Under the pieces are notes generated by a model that worked only from the letters and a program-made list of their open reading frames with translations, did not search any database and was not told the DNA's origin. The position numbers and the translations under genes were made by a program. Shown here in pieces: positions 39,614 through 48,942 of a stretch of 64,000 nucleotides of DNA (its first letter is position 1; each line of letters begins with the position of its first letter). Location of the stretch: assembly GCA_041483895.1 (NCBI GenBank), contig JBGPGO010000012.1:74188-138187 (forward strand). The letters are read 5' to 3'. Origin of the DNA: Fimbriimonadia bacterium (GTDB lineage: Bacteria > Armatimonadota > Fimbriimonadia > Fimbriimonadales > JABRVX01).

Positions 39614-41218
39614 CTATTGCCCCTCGATATAGGTCGAAACATGGGGGAGGTGCCCGAGAAGGCAGTCCTGGATACCTTGCACATACGGCCGAATCAGCTC
39701 GGCGTCGCGCTGAAAATAGATCGGTATCCACGGGACATCGGCAATCGCGATTCGTTGGGCCTGCTGATAGTACTTGAGGCGCTTTTCTGGGTCTTGCTCG
39801 GCATCTCCCAAACGGCACAAATTGTCGAACTTCGGACTGGAGTAGTTGAACTTATTCTCCCCACCGTAGGTCGCCAGCAGCGTCGAAAGGAAGTTTTGCG
39901 GATCGAGGTAATCGGCCATCCAGCGCATGTGTAGGAACGGGAGAGCCTTATTGTTGTATTCGTTCAGGTAGGCGCCCCATTCTGTCGGCCGCAACTCGAC
40001 AATCACTCCCAAATTCGTCTTCAGCTCCTCTTGGACCACCTCGCCTACATGGAGAATGTCCGGCCGGCTTTCGCGGAACCAGAGGGTCAACTTTGGAAAG
40101 CCTCGCCCATCTGGATAGCCGGCTGCGGCCAGAAGACGCTTCGCTTCATCGGGTTTGAATTCGTAGCCCTTTAGCGTAGGATCGTAACCGGGGATACCAG
40201 GCGGCACGATGCAGTCTGCCCGTTTTACTTTGCCTTCCAGGGCCGCCGCGATGATGGCGTCTTTGTCAATTGCCATCGCGAACGCCTGACGGACCCGCTT
40301 ATCTTGGAATTGCGGAACGACGCCCTGATTCATAGCAACGTAATAAATCCCAGGACGCTCGAAATATCGAATCTGCCCCTTGAGCTCCGGGTCCTGTTCC
40401 GCAGCCTTCACCTCAGCCTTGTCCATTTGGATCAGGTCCACACGGCCCTGCTTATACAAATCGTATCGCGTTTGGGGGTCCTTCACAATTGGCCGCTCGA
40501 TGCCCTGCAGCTTTGGTTTCCCCCCATGATAGTCTTCGAACGCCGACAAGATCACCTTCGTGTCTGGGTTGTACGTGGTGAGTTTGAATGGCCCGGTTCC
40601 TACGACAGCCTCGACTTTGGTCATCTCCCCACCACCTGCGGCCTTAATCGCGCGATGACTCACAACGTAGCTATTTGGGTAAGTCAACTTTGCAAGAAAA
40701 TATGCCTTTGGCTGGTCGATCTGGATTTCCAGCGTGTACTTGCCGGTTGCGCGGACGCCGGAGACCGAGGTTGCGTTCCCTTCGCGGCGTTCCCGGGCGC
40801 CTACGATGTCATAGAGATAGTTCTGTGTCGTTTCGGAGCCCAGCGCCTTGCTGCACGCCCGATCGATGCTGTAAACGAAATCTTCCGCCGTCAGGTCGTC
40901 TCCGTTGTGAAACTTCACTCCTTGGCGAATCTTGAACCGGTAGAGCGTTCCGCCATTCAGAACCTCCCAGCTTTCGGCTAGGTTTGGAACCGGCTTATTG
41001 TCCACCGACCACTTCACGAGCCCTTCGAACACTTGCAGCAGCATATCGATTGTATCGCCGTCCTGGACCATTGCCGGGTCGATCTTTGTTGGGCTGGATA
41101 CGAGCGGATACCGGAGAATGTTGGCTTGCGGGCCGATCCCCTGCTTCTTCGTGCATGCTGTCAACAGCAACACCAAAGCGGCAATCAACATCATGAACAG
41201 CCGAATATTGCGCGTCAT
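39614..41218 (-). CDS. Peptide ABC substrate-binding lipoprotein (OppA/DppA-like)
   Basis: Lipobox LTAC, PNLAESW, VKFHNG, VGTGPF, WMADYLDP. Confidence 0.92.
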   Translation of the reverse strand: MTRNIRLFMMLIAALVLLLTACTKKQGIGPQANILRYPLVSSPTKIDPAMVQDGDTIDMLLQVFEGLVKWSVDNKPVPNLAESWEVLNGGTLYRFKIRQGVKFHNGDDLTAEDFVYSIDRACSKALGSETTQNYLYDIVGARERREGNATSVSGVRATGKYTLEIQIDQPKAYFLAKLTYPNSYVVSHRAIKAAGGGEMTKVEAVVGTGPFKLTTYNPDTKVILSAFEDYHGGKPKLQGIERPIVKDPQTRYDLYKQGRVDLIQMDKAEVKAAEQDPELKGQIRYFERPGIYYVAMNQGVVPQFQDKRVRQAFAMAIDKDAIIAAALEGKVKRADCIVPPGIPGYDPTLKGYEFKPDEAKRLLAAAGYPDGRGFPKLTLWFRESRPDILHVGEVVQEELKTNLGVIVELRPTEWGAYLNEYNNKALPFLHMRWMADYLDPQNFLSTLLATYGGENKFNYSSPKFDNLCRLGDAEQDPEKRLKYYQQAQRIAIADVPWIPIYFQRDAELIRPYVQGIQDCLLGHLPHVSTYIEGQ

Positions 41219-41226
41219 CAGAACTC

Positions 41227-41652
41227 CTATGAAGTCTCCTTCGCCTGCGTGGTGCGGCGAAAGTAAAGAAACGTTCCGGCCACAGCCCCAGCCGCATCGA
41301 TCAGCACGTCCTGAACTTGGCCCTCCCGTCCGGGCACGAACGTTTGGTGATACTCGTCAGTACATGCATACGCCACGGTCAACAAGACTCCTCCGAGTAA
41401 CGCCACCGGAGGTGGGATACCGTGACCGTAGACCAATGACCGGTAGCTGAGAATACACAGCGCGGCGTACTCAATCATGTGGAGCGCTTTTCGCCCAATG
41501 CCATTCAGCAGATGGAGCCAGAAGCCCTGCAGTCCGAATAGCGAGGAGAGGATCGAGCGCGATTCCTCGCCGCTGCCCGCTCGCCCGGATATCCAGAATA
41601 TTACTGCCATCCAAAGTACAACAAGAAACCACAAAATGACACGTCGCTTCAC
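41227..41652 (-). CDS. VanZ family membrane protein
   Basis: RKALHMIEYA, YACTDEYHQTFVPGR, DVLID. Confidence 0.92.
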   Translation of the reverse strand: MKRRVILWFLVVLWMAVIFWISGRAGSGEESRSILSSLFGLQGFWLHLLNGIGRKALHMIEYAALCILSYRSLVYGHGIPPPVALLGGVLLTVAYACTDEYHQTFVPGREGQVQDVLIDAAGAVAGTFLYFRRTTQAKETS

Positions 41653-41725
41653 AACCGCAGATTATGGCGCGGCGCGGCCTCCGTTCGCGATATAATGGAG
41701 ATAACAGTTTGCGAAGGAGCCCGAA

Positions 41726-42715
41726 TTGGTTTTTCTCACTGCCGCTTGGTTGCTCAGTTCCATCTGCGTACAGGACCCGGATGCGGTCCTATTGCGCCGA
41801 CAGTTTAGGGTTGGGGACGTCGAGAAGTTCGTTTTGGTCAAGGAGTTGGACTCCGAAGTTCAGCGAGGCAATCTGCTGAGCTGGATCCCGAACAAATGGA
41901 CCGTTACGCAGCGGTATACGATGAAGACGACCGGTTTGCAAGGAGCCGGAACAGCGGATCTTCGTCTGGATTACGAAAAGACGAAGGTACATTACGGCCA
42001 GTTCCTCGATGAGGGCCCGCATGACGATTTCGAGGACCCCGAGTTCATAGTCTTGTTCTTCTCTCCCACCAACGAAATCCTGAAGATTTACGACATGACT
42101 CCGCCGAAGAAGAAGACGCCAAAGTCCGATCCGGGTGACGAGGAAGGCGGTCTTTATGCCAGTAGAGCCGGCACAGGAGAGGCACAAGCAAGAGGCGGGG
42201 ACTTCCTTAGCCAGGTACAGCGGATGGTCTCATTTCCCGGTCTCATGGATTTTGGACCGAAGCTTCCCTACCGAAAAGTTAAGGTGGGCGACACTTGGCA
42301 CTCGACCTTAGATTTCTTACCCGGAATGGCGGTCGGCACCGATCCGTCTCGGCGGGGAAACAAGAGTACGCGCGTGGACATCACGTATCGCTATGACGGC
42401 ATCAAAGAGCGCAACGGGAAAAAGTTCGTGCAGATTAACGGCTCTTTCGGGGCGAAATTGGATTTGAAAACACCGCTTCTTGCCGACCTTCCCATTCAGA
42501 TTCGAATGCGCAGCCCGATCACGAAGGCCACAATCGAAGTCAAAGGGGAGATGAACTTTTTCCTCGATCCGCAGACGTTGAAGACGAACTACGCGGAGGC
42601 AAATTCGACCGGCGATGTCCAGATTGACACCACGGAGGCATTCACGCCGATTCGCCTGGGGATGAAACTGAAGGGATCCGCGACTCTGAAGGCCGAACCT
42701 CTCTCGCCAAAATAG
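41726..42715 (+). CDS. Secreted hypothetical protein
   Basis: AAGGAG SD before TTG; signal-like N-terminus; beta-rich. Confidence 0.7.
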   Translation: MVFLTAAWLLSSICVQDPDAVLLRRQFRVGDVEKFVLVKELDSEVQRGNLLSWIPNKWTVTQRYTMKTTGLQGAGTADLRLDYEKTKVHYGQFLDEGPHDDFEDPEFIVLFFSPTNEILKIYDMTPPKKKTPKSDPGDEEGGLYASRAGTGEAQARGGDFLSQVQRMVSFPGLMDFGPKLPYRKVKVGDTWHSTLDFLPGMAVGTDPSRRGNKSTRVDITYRYDGIKERNGKKFVQINGSFGAKLDLKTPLLADLPIQIRMRSPITKATIEVKGEMNFFLDPQTLKTNYAEANSTGDVQIDTTEAFTPIRLGMKLKGSATLKAEPLSPK

Positions 42716-42728
42716 GCGTATCAGTTGG

Positions 42729-45700
42729 TTAGGGCTGAACTTGCCGCATGTGGCAGTTCTTAAACTTCTTCCCGCTGCCGCAAGGACAGGGATCGTTGCG
42801 GCCGACTTTCGAGAAGTCCGCGCCATTTGTCGGCGCTCCATTGCTGGGGAAGGCGGCAGCCGGTATCCCGCCGGGTGCTGCGGAAGGCTGATTCTCGTCA
42901 ATCTTGATCATCTGCATCGGCCGCTGCTGTTCCTTCTGCGGAGTCACGTGGAATGCATACATCGCGACCTGTTCGGTGATGTTCGCCAGAGTCTCTTGGA
43001 ACAGGATGTGTGAATCTTTTTTGAACGCGATCAACGGATCCATCTGCGCGTAGCCGCGCAGGCTGATGCCTTCTCGAAGCTGGTCCACATTCTGGAGGTG
43101 CTCCATCCATCGATCGTTGATCGCCTTTAGCACGATGAACCGTTCAATGCCACGGATGGTGTCCGAGTCGTGCTGCTCCTCCCGCTCATCATATGCTTTG
43201 TGCATCAGCGGAAAGATTTTCTCCAGCATCCGGTCCTTGGGGAGGCCGTCCAAAAGCTCCTGCCCGGCATATACCGCGAGCGGAAAGACCTCATTCAGGC
43301 TTCGATAGATGTTCTCGTAGTTGTACGTCTGAGTTTCCGGATCGAAGTAACCGTCAATGCGGTCCTCGATGACGGACTCGACATCGGCGAGAACCTTTCC
43401 GCGCATGTCCGCGCCGAGCAGAACTTTGCGGCGATCCGCATAGATTTTCTCGCGCTGCACATTCATCACGTCGTCGTATTCCAAAATGTGCTTTCTGTAC
43501 TCGAAGAAGTGGAACTCAATGCGCTCCTGAATCTTGCGGATGGTGTTGCTCAGGAACTTGACTTCGATCTGTTCATCTTCAGGCCAGGTTTTGAGAAGCG
43601 GGTTCTGTAGCATGTTCGAGCCGAACACCTGCCACAGCTTGTCTTCGAGCGAAACGAAATAGCGGCTTTCCCCAGGGTCCCCCTGCCGGCCGGATCGTCC
43701 ACGCAGTTGGTTGTCGATTCGCCGGCTCTCATGGCGCTCCGTGCCGAGAATATACACGCCGCCGAGCGAAGTTACTACCTTGGCCAATTCTGAACGCTCT
43801 TGATCAGACAGCGGCAACGGCGGCGCGGCGCGTTCCTTTCCGCCGCGACGATAGCTCGTGAAGGTATCGTGATACGTGTCCGCACGCTCATCGTCGCCAT
43901 CCTGGACCCTGTCGGTTTCTTCGTTTTGGACGCGGCCACCCAGCAGAATATCGACGCCGCGGCCGGCCATGTTGGTGGCGATGGTTATAGCGCCTTTACG
44001 ACCCGCCTCCGCGATGATCAGCGCTTCCTTTTCGTGGAACTTTGCGTTCAAGACGTTGTGGCGAATTCCGTAACGAATTGCCTCGTCGAAATGCTCCCCG
44101 TTTTCGTCCGGCAACTGATGCAGCTTCAAGAACCACGGTCTGTGCTCATCGGCAAGCGGATCGGGGGAGATGCCGAGCTCGCGCAGATCGGTGGAGAGCG
44201 TGTTCCGGTCGAGCTTGTCAATCGGAACATTGACCAACTTGTTGAGGTGGTTTTTCTTGTCTTTGGAAAGCGATTTGTCGTTTTGGATTCGGTCCCGGAT
44301 CCGATCGACGATGAGCAGCGATTGCAGGATTTTCGGAGTCAGCCAATTCGAAACCTTTTCAGACATCTCGATCGAGCGGGTTCCCACGAGAACCGGCTGC
44401 TGCTTGACGAAGAGTCGAAACAGTTCGCGGGCGATCCCGCGAAACTTCTGTTCTTCCGACTTATAGACGATGTCCGGCTGATCGATTCGGATCATCTGCT
44501 TATGGGTCGGGATGACGACGACAGAGAGACCGTATATCTTTCGGAATTCGTCCTCTTCCGTTTTCGCCGTTCCGGTCATTCCCGCAAGCTTGTGGTACAG
44601 GCGGAACAGGTTCTGGAAGGTGATGACGGCGACCGTCTGGCTTTCGTGTCGAATTGGGACGCCTTCTTTGGCTTCAATCGCTTGGTGGAGGCCGTCAGAA
44701 TACCTTCGACCGAACATCAGGCGGCCGGTAGTGTCGTCCACGATGACCACTTCGCCCTCTTTGACCACGTAATCCACGTCCTTTTTGAACAGGGCGTGGG
44801 CCTTGAGGCCGGCGTTGATATAGTGCATGAGCTCCGGATGGTCCGCGAGGTTCTCAATGCCAAGGATGCGCTGCGATTCGTCGTATCCTTCGTCGGTCAT
44901 GGAAATCTGATGGGACTTTTCGTCGGCGGTGTAATGCTTTTCTTTCTGCAGCTTTCGGACGACACCGTTGATCTTGGCGTAGACGGTAACGTCCTGTTCG
45001 GCGCGGCCGGAAATGACGTGCGGCGTCCGCGCTTCGTCCACGAGGATGCTGTCCACCTCGTCCACAATCGCGTAGTGGAGCTCGCGCATGACGAGCTGGG
45101 ACTTGTCGAACGCCATGTTGTCCCGGAGGTAGTCGAAGCCGAATTCGTGGTTGGTTCCGTATGTGACGTCGCAATCATAAGCTTCCGCGCGGCTGCACGG
45201 GACCAAATTGTGATATCGCGGGTCCTCGGCCTGGTGACCCGGCGTGTATTTGTAGGAGCCTCCCAGTTCGTCGGACTCCGCACTTTGGCCCTGAATTACC
45301 CCAAGCGTCAGGCCGAGGCCATGATAGATCGGCCCCATCCAGACCGCGTCGCGGCGGGCCAAGTAGTCGTTCACGGTGACGAGATGCGTGCCGCGGCCTT
45401 CCAGGGCATTTAGGTAGAGGGCCAAGGGCGCCACCAGGGTTTTTCCTTCACCCGTCTTCATCTCGGTGATCTTGCCGTGGTGCAGCACGACGCCACCAAT
45501 GAGCTGAACGTCGAAATGCCGCATATTGAGCAGGCGGCGAGAAACCTCTCGGCAGGCCGCGAAGGCCTCCGGGATAAGGTCGTCTAATGCCGTTCCATCC
45601 TTCAGCCGCTGACGAAAATCGTCGGTCTTGGCCCGGATCTCCTCCAAGCTGAGCTTCTGCATCTCGGGTTCCAAGCCGTTCGTCTGCTGAACCAGCGGCT

Positions 45701-45761
45701 CGATGGCCTTGACGTCTTTGTCGCTGGTGTCAAACCACTTCCTGAAAAGGTTATCAAACAT
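42729..45761 (-). CDS. secA: Preprotein translocase ATPase SecA
   Basis: MKTGEGKT, DEVDSILVDEARTP, ATNMAGRG, QLRGRSGRQGDPG, SEC-C motif. Confidence 0.98.
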   Translation of the reverse strand: MFDNLFRKWFDTSDKDVKAIEPLVQQTNGLEPEMQKLSLEEIRAKTDDFRQRLKDGTALDDLIPEAFAACREVSRRLLNMRHFDVQLIGGVVLHHGKITEMKTGEGKTLVAPLALYLNALEGRGTHLVTVNDYLARRDAVWMGPIYHGLGLTLGVIQGQSAESDELGGSYKYTPGHQAEDPRYHNLVPCSRAEAYDCDVTYGTNHEFGFDYLRDNMAFDKSQLVMRELHYAIVDEVDSILVDEARTPHVISGRAEQDVTVYAKINGVVRKLQKEKHYTADEKSHQISMTDEGYDESQRILGIENLADHPELMHYINAGLKAHALFKKDVDYVVKEGEVVIVDDTTGRLMFGRRYSDGLHQAIEAKEGVPIRHESQTVAVITFQNLFRLYHKLAGMTGTAKTEEDEFRKIYGLSVVVIPTHKQMIRIDQPDIVYKSEEQKFRGIARELFRLFVKQQPVLVGTRSIEMSEKVSNWLTPKILQSLLIVDRIRDRIQNDKSLSKDKKNHLNKLVNVPIDKLDRNTLSTDLRELGISPDPLADEHRPWFLKLHQLPDENGEHFDEAIRYGIRHNVLNAKFHEKEALIIAEAGRKGAITIATNMAGRGVDILLGGRVQNEETDRVQDGDDERADTYHDTFTSYRRGGKERAAPPLPLSDQERSELAKVVTSLGGVYILGTERHESRRIDNQLRGRSGRQGDPGESRYFVSLEDKLWQVFGSNMLQNPLLKTWPEDEQIEVKFLSNTIRKIQERIEFHFFEYRKHILEYDDVMNVQREKIYADRRKVLLGADMRGKVLADVESVIEDRIDGYFDPETQTYNYENIYRSLNEVFPLAVYAGQELLDGLPKDRMLEKIFPLMHKAYDEREEQHDSDTIRGIERFIVLKAINDRWMEHLQNVDQLREGISLRGYAQMDPLIAFKKDSHILFQETLANITEQVAMYAFHVTPQKEQQRPMQMIKIDENQPSAAPGGIPAAAFPSNGAPTNGADFSKVGRNDPCPCGSGKKFKNCHMRQVQP

Positions 45762-45872
45762 AAAGAATCGCTTGCCTCATAGTCGTGGAATATTACCTTA
45801 TCGGGCGTCCCGGCCCCAGTCCGGTCCGCACCTGGATTCCTACGTTGCCAAGGCCGCCCGAATTGCAGACGG

Positions 45873-46083
45873 CCCAGGCTTCGTCTTCGGGGTCCGAACA
45901 AATGGAAAATCCCCTTCATAGTTCGACTATGAAGGGATTGGCGTCACGACAACGCTTAGAAAAGACCCAGGCTCGTCCCCGGGTGCCCCGACAAATGAAA
46001 AACCCCCTTCATAGTGCGACTATGTAGGGATTGGCATCACGATAACAGTCAAAAATCCCTTCACAGTCGCACTGTGAAGGGAC
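45873..46083 (-). repeat. Tandem ~93-bp duplication and three related hairpins (terminator-like on minus strand)
   Basis: cccttcatagt-NNN-actatgaaggg variants near 45912, 46005 and 46057, each followed by a T-run on the minus strand. Confidence 0.75.
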
Positions 46084-46099
46084 TGACGAACGGAAACTC

Positions 46100-46285
46100 C
46101 TAGAGAGTTCGGGAGCGCTTGCGGCGCTTGAGCAACTCGATCACGTCGAAGTCTCGGCCGATTACGGACGTATCGCCGACGTGACAGGGCTGCATGCAGG
46201 CGTCATCTCGCAGATGGACCTCGGCCTGCCGGGGTGCTGTGCTCAAGGCACGAGTCTCTTTCGAAACTCGGTTGGTCTGCTTCAT
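46100..46285 (-). CDS. Small hypothetical protein (61 aa)
   Basis: GGAGG SD 7 nt before ATG, TACAAT at 46344-46339, terminator hairpin directly downstream. Confidence 0.6.
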   Translation of the reverse strand: MKQTNRVSKETRALSTAPRQAEVHLRDDACMQPCHVGDTSVIGRDFDVIELLKRRKRSRTL

Positions 46286-46473
46286 TGCTAAACCTCCAAT
46301 TGGTCGCGGTTCGGCGTCATTGCCGGCCGCGGACGCTCATTGTATCAGAAATAATGGCATTCCGCTAGCCTGACACCATGCCTAAGGAGCAAGAACTATG
46401 CCGAAAGCGTATCTACAGGTAGCATAAAGAACCGAATGAGAGCGCGACTCGTCAAGTTGCTGGAAGGAAATCT

Positions 46474-48942
46474 GTGAGAATAGCCACATATATTGTCTGC
46501 CTTCTGTGCCTTTTGTCTCTGCCGGTGACGGCGCAGAAGACCAAGCCGGACCTGAATACGGTATTCAAGGCGGCGGTCGAGGCACAGCGGCAGGGGAAGC
46601 TGGAAGCAGCCAAAGCCGGATTCAAAACGGTGCTTCACATGGTGCCCAACCATGCGCCCTCGCATATTAACCTGGCTACGATCTACCTACAGCAGGGCGA
46701 CTCTGCGAAGTTTGACTACCACCTGAAGCAGGCGATGGCCAATGCCGGGAACGATTCCGACCTGTGGCTTCGCATCGCCAGCCTGCGCGTGGGTCAAATG
46801 AACCCGGCGGAAGCGGAAAAGGCGCTGACAAAAGTGAAAGGGCCGTCCCGTGAGACGGCCATGTTCTATGCGGTTCGGGGCGCGATTCGGACGATGGGGA
46901 GAGATTTCCCATCCGCGGTATCCGACCTGAAGAAGTCCCTGGCAAAGAACCCAGGTGACCGGCGAACCATTATCATGCTGGCAAAGTGCGAAGTTCAGCT
47001 CAAGAAATATGATGACGCCATTGCCAGGCTGCGGCCATTGACGGCCAAATACCCCAAGGACGCGATTGCATTACAGGGCCTAGCGGAGGCCTACCTATCC
47101 AAGGATGACAAGCCCAACGCCGTGCCTGTGCTGGAAAAACTCCATGCCATCGTCCCTGCAGAGATCTCGTACGGGATATTGCTCGCCCGGACCTATGAGG
47201 ATACGGGGAAACTGGAAAAAGGTGTTGACCTCCTCGGCAAGATGATCAAGGAATATCCTGTGAACGTGTTGTTGCGCATCGAGCAAGGTGATATGTTCTC
47301 CCGCAATCAATACTGGGCGGAAGCGGAGCAGCAATATAACTACGCCCGGCAGCTCAAGCCGAAGGACCCGGATATCGAGACGCGCTATGCGACGGTCTCG
47401 ATGAAGCTGGGCCGATACCCCGAGGCGATCGAGCAGTTCAAAGCGATGCTTCGGACCGACCCGACGAATACACAGGCGTTCGTCGGTCTGGAAGAGATCT
47501 ATCAGGGCCAGCACGCGGATAACCTGCTGATCCAGCTCTATCGTGAGCGGATGAAGAATGTCCCCAACGACCCGTATGCTTCGCTGCAGCTAGGCATTCT
47601 GTACAAGAGCAATCGGGACTATGATGCGGCGCGGAGGGAATTTGAGCGGCATGTCAATGCCTATCCGGGGGACGCGTCGGGACATCGGGAGTACGGGAAC
47701 CTGCTTGCGGCATTGGGGCAGCGGGAAATCGCATTAGGGGAGTACCAGGCCTGCGTAGCCATCGCCAAGGACGACACGCTGGCGCTGCAGCAGATCGGTG
47801 ACATTTTGTTCGATTTGAACCGTGATGCGGAGGGGGTCGCGCACTTTGAAGGGTTGAAGAAGCGGTTCCCAAAGGACGCCCGGTCCTGGTCGGCTCTCGC
47901 AAACCATTACGAGAAGGTCAAGAAACCGGAGCTGGCGGAAAAGGAGTACCGGGATTTGGCGGTCCGCCAGCCGAACTACCAGCCGGCGAAGGTTGAGCTG
48001 GCGCGGCTGCTGGAGGCTCATAAAGATGTGGACGGGGCGCTGGCTCTGTTCGAAGAGCTTGTAAAGATGTCCAAGAATCCGTCCAAGGACTTTGGAAAGA
48101 TTCCCGACCTGCTCTATCGCAACGGCCGAAAAGAGGAGGCCGCCAAGAGATGGGCGCAAGAGGTCGCGGCCCATCCGACCGACACGCTGCTCCGATCCGG
48201 ATACGGCCAGTTTTTGGTGGCGGAGGGCAAGTTTGACGATGCCATCACGCAGTTTAAGGAGGTCAAGCGACTGACCCCCAACGACATCTACCCCCGAATG
48301 AAGCTGGCGGACATCTATGACGAACAAAAGAAGGATGCCGAGTGGTTGGAGGAAGTGAACGGCATTCTCGAGATGAACGCGGACGAAATGGCCCCGTATT
48401 CCATGCTTCAGCGGCATCTCTTGGCGAAGGGGGAGCCGGAAAAGTATTGGGACATGATTTTGCCATACGCCAAGCGCGGGACGGCTCAAGACCTTCCGCT
48501 CCAACGCCTTGTCGAATTTGCGCCGCAAGTGAAGAAGCTGGATGAGGCGGTGGAGATTGCGCGGGCCCGCGTAAACGCGGCGCCGACCTCGAAGGGCGCC
48601 TGGCTGGCGCTGGCGCAGGGATTGCAGTCGCAGGAAAAGTGGACGGATGCGATCGACGCGTACGCGCGGGCATCTCGGCTGGATCCGACCAACATGACGG
48701 CAATCCGATCCTATGCGCTGACGGCGGAAGATCATGGGACCAAGAAGCAGGCCGTGGACGCGTATAAGCTGTACACGGACAGCTATCCGACGGACGCCTG
48801 GGGTCTCCTAAAATACGGCAACGTGCTGCGGGCCGACGGCCAAAACGGATTGGCGCTGGACATCTTCCGCAAGGTGCTGGAGCGATTCCCGGACAACGAG
48901 ACGGCGATCAAGGCCGTGAAGGAGTTGGAGAACAGCCGGTAG
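46474..48942 (+). CDS. Secreted multi-TPR protein
   Basis: Signal peptide then TPR repeats along the whole length. Confidence 0.88.
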   Translation: MRIATYIVCLLCLLSLPVTAQKTKPDLNTVFKAAVEAQRQGKLEAAKAGFKTVLHMVPNHAPSHINLATIYLQQGDSAKFDYHLKQAMANAGNDSDLWLRIASLRVGQMNPAEAEKALTKVKGPSRETAMFYAVRGAIRTMGRDFPSAVSDLKKSLAKNPGDRRTIIMLAKCEVQLKKYDDAIARLRPLTAKYPKDAIALQGLAEAYLSKDDKPNAVPVLEKLHAIVPAEISYGILLARTYEDTGKLEKGVDLLGKMIKEYPVNVLLRIEQGDMFSRNQYWAEAEQQYNYARQLKPKDPDIETRYATVSMKLGRYPEAIEQFKAMLRTDPTNTQAFVGLEEIYQGQHADNLLIQLYRERMKNVPNDPYASLQLGILYKSNRDYDAARREFERHVNAYPGDASGHREYGNLLAALGQREIALGEYQACVAIAKDDTLALQQIGDILFDLNRDAEGVAHFEGLKKRFPKDARSWSALANHYEKVKKPELAEKEYRDLAVRQPNYQPAKVELARLLEAHKDVDGALALFEELVKMSKNPSKDFGKIPDLLYRNGRKEEAAKRWAQEVAAHPTDTLLRSGYGQFLVAEGKFDDAITQFKEVKRLTPNDIYPRMKLADIYDEQKKDAEWLEEVNGILEMNADEMAPYSMLQRHLLAKGEPEKYWDMILPYAKRGTAQDLPLQRLVEFAPQVKKLDEAVEIARARVNAAPTSKGAWLALAQGLQSQEKWTDAIDAYARASRLDPTNMTAIRSYALTAEDHGTKKQAVDAYKLYTDSYPTDAWGLLKYGNVLRADGQNGLALDIFRKVLERFPDNETAIKAVKELENSR

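Noticed and set aside
43800..45413. 537-aa plus-strand ORF and similar long antisense ORFs (53612-54700, 21947-23035, 47734-48735, 12-1004)
   Set aside because: Shadow frames of real GC-rich genes with no motifs of their own.
45900..46083. Possible mini CRISPR array
   Set aside because: Spacing is irregular, the inter-repeat sequences are themselves duplicated, and there are no cas genes in the window.
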